64,000 bases of DNA from Malacoraja senta (Eukaryota): positions 1,676,001 to 1,740,000 of the forward strand of contig CM075996.1 of assembly GCA_038087875.1 (NCBI GenBank). Direction: 5' to 3'. Positions 37,884 to 50,307 of the stretch are shown here, one piece after another; position 1 is the stretch's first letter; every line of letters starts with the position of its first letter. The position numbers and the translations under genes are program-made. The notes beneath the pieces are model-generated. The model was not told the DNA's origin. It saw only the letters and a program-made list of their open reading frames with translations, and did no database searches.

Positions 37884-40800
37884 CAGCGATGTATTCTTAA
37901 CTAAAACAACTGCCACATCATGGTAATACACGGCTTGATTCTCAGTATAATGTCGGCAGAAAGAGCAATTAGTTATTTTCTGCCGACTTCTGTGGAAATA
38001 GTTATGCTTTACATGCTCCTGTAACGTCTACAGCCATCCATTGCGACTGTGAACATACATTTACAGCTTTGTAAATCTGGATAGCAGTTTACACACTTCG
38101 CCAGAGTCCATTCGGGAATTTATTCTCCCACCCTTTGAAGTCAAAGGGCGATCAGATGAAGATAGGCAAGACAGACTGTGAGGTGAAACATATCCGTTAA
38201 ATCCCAGGGCAGGTGGATGGAGGCTGGGGTGAGATGTGTTCAGGACTGGGGTAAAGATTCATCTCGCCTGTAGATTCAGACCTTATCGGATCCCCCCCCT
38301 CTCAGTTGGGAAAAAGTAGGTTCTAGCCTCATCCAAGGGAGTTGGACACAACAGTACAGTTGCTGCCTCACAGCGCCAGGGATCCGGGTTCTATCCTGAC
38401 CCCGGGTGCTGTCTGTATGGAGTTTGTACGTTTTCCCTGAGACCACGTGGGTTTTCTCCGGGTGCTCCGGTTTCCTCCCACACTCGAAAGACGTAGGATA
38501 ATGGGCTTCGGTAAGTTGTAAAAAAAACTTTGTGCAAGGTGTGCAGGATAGTTTTAGTGTACAAGGGGGTTGCAGGCCAGCATGGACTCAGTGGGCCGAA
38601 GGGCACCTTTCTGCTCTGTATCTCTAAAGTCCAAAGTAAGGTCTAAAGTCTAAAAGGCACCGGAGATACAGGATGGAAACAGACCCTAGGCTCCACCGAG
38701 TCCACCCAGACCATAGATGACCCTAGTTTCATGTAATCCCACTTTCTCAACCTCTCCCACACTCTAGGGGGCAATTTACAGAGGGCCAATTAACCTACAA
38801 ACCTGCACGTTTTTGGGATGTGGGAGGAAACTGGAGCACCCGGAGGAAACCCACGCAGTCACAGGGAGTTGTTTAAGAAGGAACTGCAGATGCTGGAAAA
38901 TCAAAGGTAGACAAAAATGCTGGAGAAACTCAGCGGGTGAGGCAGCATCTATGGAGCGAAGGAAATAGGCAACGTTTCGGGTCGAAACCCTTCTTCAGAC
39001 GGTCACAGAGAGAGAACGTGCAAACTCCGCACGGACAGCACCTGAGTTCAGGGTCGAACCCGGGTCTCTTGCGCTGTGAGGCAGAAGTTCTACCTCCTGC
39101 GCCACTGTGCCGCCCAAAATGTACATTTGGAAAATGTTTGTCTTTTTCCAAAAATGGACAACTTTCCATGATGCAAATTTGATGACGAATGGTTTCATAA
39201 CTGTCTATGGTGATCTGCGGTTTTGTGCGAGGTAATATCACCCTGTGGTGCAAGAGATGAGAGAGAGAGAGAGAGAGAGAGAGATGGCTTTTCATTTCCC
39301 AATCCCCCCTACCTTTCAAATCAACGCTTTGATCAGGCTTTCTTTCATGAAGACAAATCCCCTTAAAATCACAGTTTCATTTATCCATGAATTGCATCCT
39401 CTTCTGCTAGCATGTCCACCTACATAACAATGACGGCACTTCAAAGTCATCCATTGTATGTGAAGTGCTCCAGGAAGCTTTGAGAAGAAAGAATCCTTTC
39501 TCATACGTTAATAAGCATCAGTGTAATTTATGCCCCTCAATGCCATGCTGAAATGTCAAAATATTCATATTCCCCGTTGAAGTTTGGGCTCAGTGTGATG
39601 AAGGCCGCTTTGTGACTAAGTTTGGTGTAAACCAGCATCTGCAGTTCCTTCCTACACACTGGGAAGATGGCACTGAGCTGGAATTGATGCAGAGATGATT
39701 TACGAGGATGTTGCTAGGACTCAAGGACAATAGACAATAGACAATAGGTGCAGGAGTAGAGGCCATTCGGCCCTTCAAGCCAGCACCGCCATTCAATGTG
39801 ATCATGGCTGATCATCCCCAATCAGTACCCCGTTCCTGCCTTCTCCCCATTTCCCCTGACCCCGCTATCTTTAAGAGCCCTATCTAGCTCTCTCTTGAAA
39901 GCATCCAGAGAACCGGCCTCCACCACCCTCTGAGGCAGAGAATTCCACTCTCTGTGAGAAAAAGTGTTTCCTCGTCTCTGTTCTAAATGGCTTACCCCTT
40001 ATTCTTAAACTGTGTGTGGCCCCTGGTTCTGGACTCCCCCAACATCGGGAACATGAGCTGTAGGGAGAGGTTGGGCAGGCTGACAACCTTGCCATCCAGG
40101 TAAGAGTGACAACAAGCCCAGAGATGTTAGATCAATGATTCCGCTGAGTGCAGGTCACGAGTGCTGTAACTACACCACAGCAAGATGGGGCTCCCTTGTA
40201 ACAAGGCAAACTGCTGTATGCAACTTGCACCTTAGGGGCAGAGAGAGAGAGAGAGAGGGATATGGATCAACTCTTACATGCAGAGAGAATAAAGAACATT
40301 GAACTGTACAGGCCCTTTGGTTCACAAAGTCCATGCCAAACTTGAAGCCAAGTTATGCCAATCTCCTCTGTCTAACATGATCCATATCCCTCCATACCCA
40401 TGTGTCCGTTTAAAAAACCTCTTAGACACCACAATCGTATCTGCCTCCACCACCACCCCTGCCAGCGCGTTCCAGGCACCCACCACTCTCTGTGTAAAAT
40501 AAACCAGCCCCGCACATCTCCTTTAAACATTGCCCCTCTCACCTTAAAGCCATGCCCTGTAGTGTTTGATATTTCCACCCTGGGGGAATAAAAGTTCTGG
40601 CTGTATTATGCCTCTGATAATTGTAAATACTGCTATCAGTCTCTAACAGGAGAAGGCTGTAGAACAAGCAAGCTGTATGTAACAGAACACAAGAGGATTT
40701 GGTCCCACCTGACAAATACAAAAGTCGATCTGGCAACCAGATAGAGGAAACAAAAAAAGCTCCTTTTATTTTACAGCATAGGGTTTTAAAACTCATTTAT

Positions 40801-43749
40801 TTTCCGATTGGGGAAGGGAGGATTGCTACAATTGCACCATATTGATGTGTAGCGCTCAATGTTTTGTGCAGTGCATCTCGTTGTTGTCAATCCATACGGT
40901 GATTGAAGAGTCGCCATCCCTCCCCCCTCCCCTCCCCCCTCCCCCCACTTTGTTGGGAAACTGTAAACATCTACCAGAGAGGTGGTGCTTTGGGGAGCCT
41001 TTCTTGTCGGAGGTCGATGAGAAAACACGATCTGGGTGGTCCGTGAGAAATACAGCAAAATGCAACAAAGATCGCCCGGAGATGAACTGCCGCTGTTTGG
41101 AGAAATGAGGAAAAAGCACAAAATTCCTGATTCTGGTTTCCATGTTTTTCCTCATCTCAGTCCTAAATGGATTTCCCCTTATTCCTAAACTGTGAACCCT
41201 GGTTCTGGACTCCCCCAACATCGGAAACATTTATCCTGCCTCCAGCCTGTCCAATCCCTTAAGCTCTAGGAACAAAATGGCGGGACTGTCATATGCTGAG
41301 AGAATGGAGCGGCTGGGCTTGTACACTCTGGAGTTTAGAAGGATGAGAGGGGATCTCATTGAAACATATAAGATTGTTAAGGGCTTGGACACGCTAGAGG
41401 CAGGAAACATGTTCCCGATGTTGGGGGGAGTCCAGAACCAGGGGCCACAGTTTAAGAATAAGGTGTAAGCCATTTAGAACCTGGACGAGGAAACACTTTT
41501 TCCCAGAGATGCTGCCTGACCCGCTGAGTTACTCCAGCACTCTGTGAAAAGTCACCTATCCATGTTCTCCACAGATGCTGCCTGACCCGCTGAGTTACTC
41601 CAGCACTCTCTGAAACGTCACCTATCCATGTGGAATTCTCTGCCTCAGAGGGCGGTGGAGGCAGGTTCTTTGGATGCTTTCAAGAGAGAGCTAGATAGGG
41701 CTCTTAGAAATAGCGGAGTCAGGGGATATGGGGAGAAGGCAGGAACGGGGTACTGATTGGGGATGATCAGCCATGATCACATTGAATGGCGGTGCTGGCT
41801 CGAAGGGCCGAATGGCCTACTCCTGCACCTATTGTCTATTGTCTAAAATTGGTCCATTTGGCCCATCAAGTCTACACCGCCAGCATGGAACCCGGGTCTC
41901 CGGCGCTGTAAGGCAGCAACTCCACTGTGAGGCCTCTAATATATAACACACATCATAAATTAACCACTACACACACTGCCGTTGTCTGGTCAAATTAACC
42001 CGTTGTTTGGGAGAAGTTCCTCTAGCTTCTATCATAAATTCTGTTTCTCCCATTCATTTTTTGGAGTAAATTGGTTTTGTTTGTTGTATTAATTGCCCTC
42101 TAAGTTCATACGTTCATGTCAAAGGGACAGAATTACGCCATTCAGCCCATCAAGTCCACTCCGCCATTCAATCATGGCTGATCTATCTCACCCTCCTAAC
42201 CCCATTCTCCTGCCTCCTCCCCAAATCCCCTGTCACCCGTACTAATCAAGAATCTGTCAATCTTCGCCTTAAAAATACCCATTGACTTGGCCTCCACAGC
42301 CGTCTGTGGCAGAGAATTCCACAGATTCACCGCCCTCTGACTAAAGAAACATCATGATGAACAAGTACATCAGTCTGAAGAAGGGTCTCGACCCGAAGCC
42401 ACACCCATTCCTTCTCTCCACAGATGCTGCCTGACCCGCTGAGTTACTCCAGCACTCTGTGAAACGTCACCTATCCATGTTCTCCACAGATGCTGCCTGA
42501 CCCGCTGAGTTACTCCAGCACTCTGTGAAACGTCACCTATCCATGTTCCGGCAGCATCTATGGAGCGAAGGAAATAGGCAACGTTTCGGCCCGAAACCCT
42601 TCCGGGTTTCGGCCCGAAACGTTGCCTATTTCCTTCAGGATTTCGGCCCGAAAGGTTGCCCATTTCCTTCGCTCCACAGATGCTGCCTGACCCGCTGAGT
42701 TACTCCAGCACTTTGTGAAACGTCACCTATCCATGTTCTCCACAGATGCTGCCTGACCCGCTGAGTTACTCCAGCATTTTTGTCTACCTTCGATTTTACA
42801 GCATCTGCAGTTCCTTCTTAAACACCATAATGAACCAGTTGGGTCTTGGTGACAATCCAACAAATTTCATAGAAATTATTTTTTCCATTTATTTGTGAAT
42901 TGCCAAATTTATTGAATTCAGTTCTCACGTTTTGACAGGGTGGTATTCAGAAACATAAGTTCCAAACCCACTGAGTTAACATCACCCCATTAATAACAAT
43001 CCTGTTCAAAAAATCTTCCTCGTGGGAGAAATCCCCCACTGATTTATCCAATTAGTTTGGCAATAATTGCTTTCTATTAGGGACCTGATGTTATGGCTTC
43101 AAATGTGGATCTAACATTCCTCTTTGTGGAGATATTACCCTGTTGATTTTAAATTAGTTGATGTCTTCATTAACACAGCAAGGGAAAAGAAAGAGAGACT
43201 TGGACTCAAATATTACCATACGCATCCTTTTCCCAAATGTTTCACAGAAAATTAAGTTCAGTTCCATCACTGATTTTCCAGCAAGAGGTCCTATGATCTG
43301 GGCGAAATTACGAGAACGCAGTTGAAATCCCCTTCCCCCTGAAGACCCCGTGAAAATGTGGCGCCTCGGCCGGGAGAGGCAGCCGATCTCGACCTCGCGA
43401 TCTAAACTCATGCAATCAGCCCATGGGTTTATGCTCGATCTGTGGGCTGAGGCTCAGATGGTTGCATCTGTACACTTGATTCTAAAATCCTCCAGTGACT
43501 TCAGGATACAATCTCGGCTGGCCTCCAGTGTTGGGGGAGTGATGAAGTGTCAGAGTTGGCATTTGTCAATGCCAAGATTCAGATCCTATCTGCTAGGCGT
43601 AAAGAGTCCATTGACAATATTTTGAAGATGAGGACAGTTCTCCTGGCTGTGCTTACCCCTTGAGTATACAACAGCAGGAGGCCGTGATTGCTGCTTTGGG
43701 ACTTCATTGTTGTACTTCCTAAGGACAGTAGGCTTTGAAATTTATGGAA

Positions 43750-43954
43750 AGTGCTGGAGTAACTCAGCGGGTCAGGCAGCATCTGTGGAGAACATGGATA
43801 GGTGACGTTTCACAGAGTGCTGGAGTAACTCAGCGGGTCAGGCAGCATCTCTGGAGAACATGGGTAGGTGACGTTTCACAGAGTGCTGGAGTAACTCAGC
43901 GGGTCAGGCAGCATCTCTGGAGAACATGGGTAGGTGACGTTTCACAGAGTGCTG
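43750..43954. repeat. 66-bp tandem array of the PLE terminal sequence (also ~41505-41630 and ~42420-42780 in the opposite orientation)
   Basis: cacagagtgctgg recurs at 43811, 43877 and 43943. Confidence 0.9.
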
Positions 43955-44008
43955 GGGGTGGAAGATTGCAACCTTCACGTGGTCCGCCCTGTTTCGACTA
44001 ATGCAATC
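43955..44008 (+). ncRNA. Minimal HDV-like self-cleaving ribozyme (predicted)
   Basis: P1 GGGGUGG/CCGCCCU (G1-U wobble), P2 GAUUGCA/UGCAAUC, P3 ACC/GGU, L3 UUCACGU, G after P1', minimal P4 (U-UUCG-A), J4/2 C-UAA. Confidence 0.75.
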
Positions 44009-44102
44009 AACTCGACGTGCACAAACGGAAGATCAAATAGAACAAGTTGTCCTACAACTTTAGGCTGTGCACGCCACACGAAAGAAGAAGAAGAAGAAGA
44101 AG
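43955..44102 (+). mobile_element. Short non-autonomous retroelement with a 5' HDV-like ribozyme and (GAA)n tail (probably Vingi/Ingi-derived)
   Basis: TSD acagagtgctg at 43944-43954 and 44103-44113. 3' end is gccacacgaaa(gaa)n. A second copy lies at 16426. Confidence 0.8.
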
Positions 44103-45075
44103 ACAGAGTGCTGGAGTAACTCAACAGGTCAGGCAGCATCTCTGGACAAAAGGGATGGGTGACATTTTGGGTCAGAACCCTTCTTCACACTGCAGTTGGT
44201 GCTTTGGGGACCGCACTCAAATATCATCTGCTCCCTCTGTAGTCATTCAATAGACAATAGGTGCAGGAGTAGGCCATTCGGCCCTTCGAGCCAGCACCAC
44301 CATTCAATGTGATCATGGCTGATCATCAACAATCTTTTGGCATTGTTGTTGAATATTCCGAGGTACACGACCTATCGTGAATAAAATGGACAGAGCGCAC
44401 ATGGAGATAGATGACCAAGATCAATCAAAGGGGGGAGCTTGAAAGGGGCATTTCTGCAAATGCATCTTTTCACATCTGCCCATTGTCACCATGTACCAAT
44501 CACCTGTCCTCCCCTTTATCCACCGATCACTTGCCTGGCTTTGAACTGCAACCCCCCTCCCCCTCCTCCCCAGCTTTCTTCCCTCCACTCTACAATCAGT
44601 CTGAAGAAAGGTCCCAACCTGAAACGTCACCTGTCCATTCTCGACCATATGCGACCTGACTTGGGCACATTGAGCAGCACGGTGGCGCAGCGTTAGACAA
44701 TAGACAATAGGTTCAGGAGCAGGCCATTCGGCCCTTTGAGCCAGCACTGCCATTCAATGCGATCATGGCTGATCATCCCCAATCAGTACCCTTAGAGTTG
44801 CTGCCTCACAGCGCCAGAGACCCGGGTTCGTTCCTGACTACGGGTGCTGTCTGTACGGAGTTTGTACGTTCTCCCCGTGACCTGCGTGGGTTTTCTCTGG
44901 GTGCTCCGGTTTCCTCCCACACTCCAAAGACGTGCAGGTTTGTCGGTTAATCAGCTATCTCAGAAAGGCAGCCAGCATTGTCAGAGACCCACACCACCCT
45001 GGCCACGCTCTCATCTCGCTGCTAACATCGGGAAGAAGGTACAGGAGCCTGAAAACTGTGACCTCCAGGTTCAGG

Positions 45076-45486
45076 AACATAGAAACATAGAAACATAGAA
45101 AATAGGTGCAGGAGTAGGCCATTCGGCCCTTCGAGCCTGCACCGCCATTCAATATGATCATGGCTGATCATCCAACTCAGTATCCTGTACCTGCCTGATC
45201 CCTTTAGCCACAAGGGCCACATCTACCTCCCTCTTAAATATAGCCAATGAACTGGCCTCAACTACCTTCTGTGGCAGAGAATTCCACAAGATTCACCACT
45301 CTCTGTGTGAAAAATGTTTTTCTCATCTCGGTCCTAAAAGACTTCCCCCTTATCCTTAAACTGTGACCCCTTGTTCTGGACTTCCCCAACATCGGGAACA
45401 ATCTTCCTACATCTAGCCTGTCCAACTCCTTAAGAATTTTGTACGTTTCTATAAGATCCCCCCCTCAATCTTCTAAATTCTAGCAA
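45076..45486 (-). mobile_element. CR1 3' fragment inserted in a Rex1/Babar fragment
   Basis: (catagaaa)n tail and CR1 3' sequence. The flanks 44955-45075 and 45487-45530 rejoin as Rex1-type sequence. Confidence 0.8.
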
Positions 45487-47171
45487 GAACAGCTTCTTCC
45501 CAATAACCATCAGGCTCTTGAACGCTGCACAACACTAACCCCAGGAACTGTGATCGTCTACGGACTGTGTCCCTGGTTGAACTTCGGTTTAGCACTGTTA
45601 TGTTTACCAATGATTACGGTTATTAATTTATTGTATTTCTGATTAATATATCTTTATGTGTGTTATTGTGTTTACAGGCCCGTGTTTAGCAGAATGAGGG
45701 TGGGGGTGGGGGGGGACCTCGTTGAAACGTACAGAATAGTGAAAGGCTTGGATAGAGTGGATGTGGAGAGGATGTTTCCACTAGGACTAGAGGGCACAGC
45801 CTCAGAATTAAAGGACTTTTTTTTTCAGCAAAGAGATGTGAAGGAATTTCTTTAGTCAGAGGGTGGCGAATCTGTGGAATTCTTTGCCACAGACGGCTGT
45901 GGAGGCCAAGTCAGTGGATATATTTAATGGAGAGATAGATAGGTTCTTGATTAGTCCGGGGGTCAGGGTTTATGGGGAGACTGCTAGCTGGTGGTGTGTT
46001 ATAAAGGAACGAAAAAGCATCGTACATTATTCCTTGTTGAACAAAGTGAATTGAAAGTGGATCCATTTAGTCCACAGAGGGGTTTAATGCACCAGCTGTA
46101 GTGTGTTGGCACCTTATGGGACTGATGGTGGGCGCAGGTTGTTGATGCTCTCACTAGCGGAAGAGGGAATATTCTGAGCCAGAGCCAGTGCATGAGACAT
46201 CTTTGATTTAGACAAGAAATGCTGGGGAAACTCAGCGGGTGAGGCAGCATCTATGGAGAGAAGGTATTGCCGATGTTTCGGGTCGAGACCCTTCTTCAGA
46301 CTGATGTCGGGGGGGGGGGGGGGCGGTGGATGCTGCCCTTCAGTTCTGGGTTTTAGAATTAATCTGGCGATTTTCTTGCTTTATCAAAGGGCGTTTTTGA
46401 TAATGGTGCACAGTTTCATGATTAATGTGTTAGTGTTCCCAAACCCTGTTGCTTCGCTCTCCCACCTAGTTTCAATTTTCAAAAACAAGACATTTCTTAG
46501 AAAATGTTCCTTCACAATTACATATTTTGTAAACCACTCGACCATTTGACAAGATCATTAATATTTGCTTTTGATTTGTGACTGCCCCACCGCAGTGTTT
46601 AATCAAGAGATACAGCACGGAAACAGGCCCTTCGGCCCACCGAGTCCGCGCCGACCACGGCTACAGGGGGAACGTTTAAACTCCACAAAGGCAGCATCCA
46701 AGGTCAGGATGGAAACTGGGTCTCTGGCGCTGCGAGGCAGCAGCTCTACCCGCTGCACCACCCTGTTGATGAAACTTTACACATTGATGTTGCCACAGAT
46801 GAGGACATCTTTGATTCCAACATCTAAGTCAATATGTGTCGGAAGGAACTGCAGGTGCTGGTTTACACCGAAGATGGACACGAATGCCGGAGTAACTCAG
46901 CAGGACAGGCAGCATCTCCAGAGAGAAGGAATGGGTGACGTTATGTGTCGAGGCCCTTCTTCAGACTAAATCAGACTGCTTCAGACTAATATCCAAATCA
47001 TTACTCTGGCTTGTAGAAAAATGGAAACATAGAAAATAGGTGCAGGAGGAGGCCATTCGGCCCTTCGAGCCAGCACCGCCATTCAATATGATCATGGCTG
47101 ATCATCCAAAATCCATACTCCGTTCCTGCTTTCTCCCCATATCCCTTGATTCTGTTAACCCTAAGAGCTAG

Positions 47172-47655
47172 ATTGTGGGCAGTGGGCAGGTGCTATAGAC
47201 CTGAACGGGAAGGTAGACGCTCCCGCCCCCACGAGTCTCGGGCAGATGGGGCTCGTCAGCCTGGGAAGGCAGTCCATCTAGGAGAGGGAAAGCTCTGGTT
47301 TAAAACCTGCGCTGCCTTGTGGCCGTATCCAGTCATGGAAAAGGCTCCAGGAGTAAACCTCAAGACAATCCAGAGTCGGAGCCCCTAAGGCAGTTAGTTC
47401 GTCGTTGTCTACAACCTCGCTCTGGCAGCTCCTGCCACGGCGCTGGTGCCAAACTGTAACAGCCCTGCTGTTCCTTTGGATCGATCAGCGACGTGGAGAG
47501 GGGGGGGGGGGACGTGCTGCGTGGGGCAACAGCTTGTCTGTCCTCCATATGACATCGCCCAGGCTTACATCCGACCAAACATCACCTGCAAACTAGGATG
47601 TATCACCCATGGTCAGTCATGACCGGGGGGAGGGGGGGGGGGGGGGGCCTACTAC
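47172..47655 (+). mobile_element. Probable RTE-derived non-autonomous element
   Basis: Contains ctaggagagggaaagctctg..aaacc, resembling an RTE 5' UTR motif as I recall it, and ends ggtcagtcatgacc...ctactac. No TSD found. Confidence 0.4.
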
Positions 47656-48265
47656 AAGACCTATATCTAACTTATGAACAAAAGCACCCTTATCATTTAT
47701 CCCTGTCAGTCTGTACGAGTGATTGTCTCGCTAATGCCAACCCTCTGCTTCCTGACTTTCGCTCAGTTGACCATCCATCCATTGAGAAAGCTGCCTCCTG
47801 ACTCCAAGTACTTCGATCTTGCTTATTAATTCATCACGCCCCGTCTAACCGACAACATTTTGGAAACAGAGACATAGTACCCTTGTCAACATTATCCAAG
47901 TCCAACCTCACCCTTCAAAACATTTAGCATGGTCACTGAAGCAAGACTTACCTTCGTGAAATCCATGTTTTTTTATGACATCTTTTAATTTTGGCTTCCG
48001 GATGCTATTATAATTCCAGTCTGAATAAAGGTTCCACCCCGAAACATTATCTGTCCATTCACTCCACAGATGCTGCCTGACCCGTTGAGTTCCTCCAGCA
48101 CTTGGTGTTTTTTTCCCCCAGATTCCAGCATCTGCAGCTCCTTATCATATTTCCCCCCCTTTTAATAAGCTTTGCATTATTTGTCACGCTGATAATAATA
48201 AGGTAACTGGATTGTGGACCACTGAATATGTTATGAAACTTAAAAACACACATTGGCCAACTAGG

Positions 48266-48545
48266 GTGGAATCGTGGCGCAGCGGTAGAGTTCCTGCCTT
48301 ACAGCGCCAGGGACCCGGGCTCAATCCTGACTACTGGTGCTGTCTGTATCGAGTTTGCACATTCTCCCCGTGACCACGTGGGTTTACTCCAGGTGTCCCG
48401 GTTTCCTCCCACACTCCAAAGACGTGCAGGTTTGTAGGTTAATTGGCTTCTGTATATTGTCCCTAGAACGTAGGATAGAACTAGTGTACGGGTGATCGCT
48501 GGTCGGCGCGGACTCAGTGTTTACTCACTGTATCTCTAAACTAAA
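48266..48545 (+). mobile_element. V-SINE (HE1-like)
   Basis: Same structure. Confidence 0.8.
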
Positions 48546-48753
48546 ACCCAAATCTGTCAACCTCTGGCACTATAACGTTCTTTAATGAATCACTAAATAC
48601 ATATCATGGTGCCAACACTATTTTTCCTTGAGAATGCATAGATATCATTCCACCTGCATCAGTGGTAGAGTCCTTGAGTTACTTAACTGAAAATAGTTCT
48701 ATTTCTATCTAATCTCATCTTCCAAAGTCCACTAGATCCATCTCCATGGTAAA

Positions 48754-49540
48754 TTGAACTTGGGTTTTAAGATGGACAGTGATTTTAAATTAGATCGTCA
48801 AATAGGCGCGGTAGTTAAGTCCAGCTTCTTTCATTTAAGGCAGCTGGCAAAGGTGAAGCCCTTTCTTGAACGACAGCATTTTGAAACAGTAATCCATGCC
48901 TTCATCATGTCTCGGCTGGATTACTGTAACGCACTTTATTTTGGAGTTAGCCAATCATCCCTTGCACGTCTCCAGTTGGTTCAGAATGCTGCTGCTCGTC
49001 TTTTAACTGGATCACGTAAGAGGGAGCACATAACGCCTATTCTGGCCTCCCTCCCTGCACTGGCTGCCTGTGTACTTTAGAGCTCGTTTTAAGATTCTTT
49101 TATTTGTTTTTAAATCTTTAAATGGTCTCGCCCCGCCTTCGCTCTCTGAGCTGCTTCATCCCTACGCTCCTGCTCGGTGCCTCAGGTCAGCAGGTCAGCT
49201 GCTCCTGGAGGAACCGAGGTCTAATCGGAAGCTCAGAGGGGATAGAGCCTTCTCTGTTGCTGCTCCGACATTATGGAACTCTCTACCTTTGAACATTAGA
49301 CAGGCCCCTTCACTGTCCATTTTCAAAACTAGCCTTAAAACCCTTTTCTATTCCTTGGCTTTTGACCCTGCATGAGATTTTGCTCCTGTTTTAGTGTTTT
49401 TTTTAATTGTTTTTACTGTCTTTTAATGTTTTTGTTGTTTTGGATTATGTTTGTGATTGGTCATGTACAGCACGTTGTTGCAACGGTGGTTGTTTTTAAA
49501 GTGCTCTATAAATAAAGTTATTATTAATATTATTATTATA
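48754..49540 (+). mobile_element. L2-clade LINE 3' fragment
   Basis: SRLDYCNAL, LQLVQNAAARLLT, HITPILASL, RAFSVAAPTLWNSLP with one frameshift. Ends in aataaag(tta)n. Confidence 0.88.
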
Positions 49541-50003
49541 AATACTGATGTGAATTCATTATTTAATATTCCTTTCATTTTGTTTATGTGCCAATGATTT
49601 TATCCTGACACGCGTCTCACTTTTCTTCAGTCTAATTTTTGTGCCTGAAAACATTCCACTCATTTGGTTCCCAATAATTTTATTTCTTTATTCCTCTTGG
49701 CCATGATAAATAGTTTTCAATTTTCTGCTGTTTCTTCATATTCCCATCAGTCTTGCTCTCCCCATTTGCTTGTAATCAGCTAATTGCCTTCGTTTTAATT
49801 TTTTTTCCTCATGTGCATTCATTCTTCCACAACAAACCCTCCCTTGAAATTAGTTTGTTTTAGGTTTTAGAAGAATATTCTCAATAACTCAAAGGTAGAC
49901 AAAATTGCTGGAGAAACTCAGCGGGTGGGACAGCATCTATCAGTCTGAAGAAGGGTCTCGACCCAAAACGTCGCCTATTCCTTCGCTCCATAGATGCTGC
50001 CTC

Positions 50004-50307
50004 TCCCTGTTGGATTGCAGCCTTGTCGTGGTCGGGGAGCTTGTGTGTCTCAGTGACCCCTAGAGCTATGCCAGCGGGACATTCGTCTCCTGTTAGGGTC
50101 TCCCATGCTGGACAGGTCGAAGGGTAGAGGCGAGACGAAGAGCGATCCACTGGTCCTCCAGGTTGGAGGTTGAGCACAGGGCTAACAACCCTGTCTCGTA
50201 AAACAAATACGTTACGGAAACAGCAACTGAAGGAATCAACAGGAGTGGAGGACCTTCGTTGCTGCCCTACATGCCAGGAGGCATAATAGGCAGTAAGTAA
50301 GTAACTA
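50004..50307 (+). mobile_element. Short bipartite RTE-type non-autonomous element
   Basis: 14-bp TSD atagatgctgcctc (49990-50003, 50308-50321), (agta)n tail and RTE-like 5' UTR motifs (gggctaacaaccctgtctcgtaaaac). Inserted in a PLE-derived repeat. Confidence 0.7.

Noticed and set aside
39025..39045. RE1/NRSE-like half site (acggacagcacc) in a neuronal gene intron
   Set aside because: Part of the V-SINE consensus, and the TTCAGCACC half is absent.
43750..43954. CRISPR-like regular repeats
   Set aside because: Head-to-tail tandem units with no unique spacers, eukaryotic context and no cas genes.
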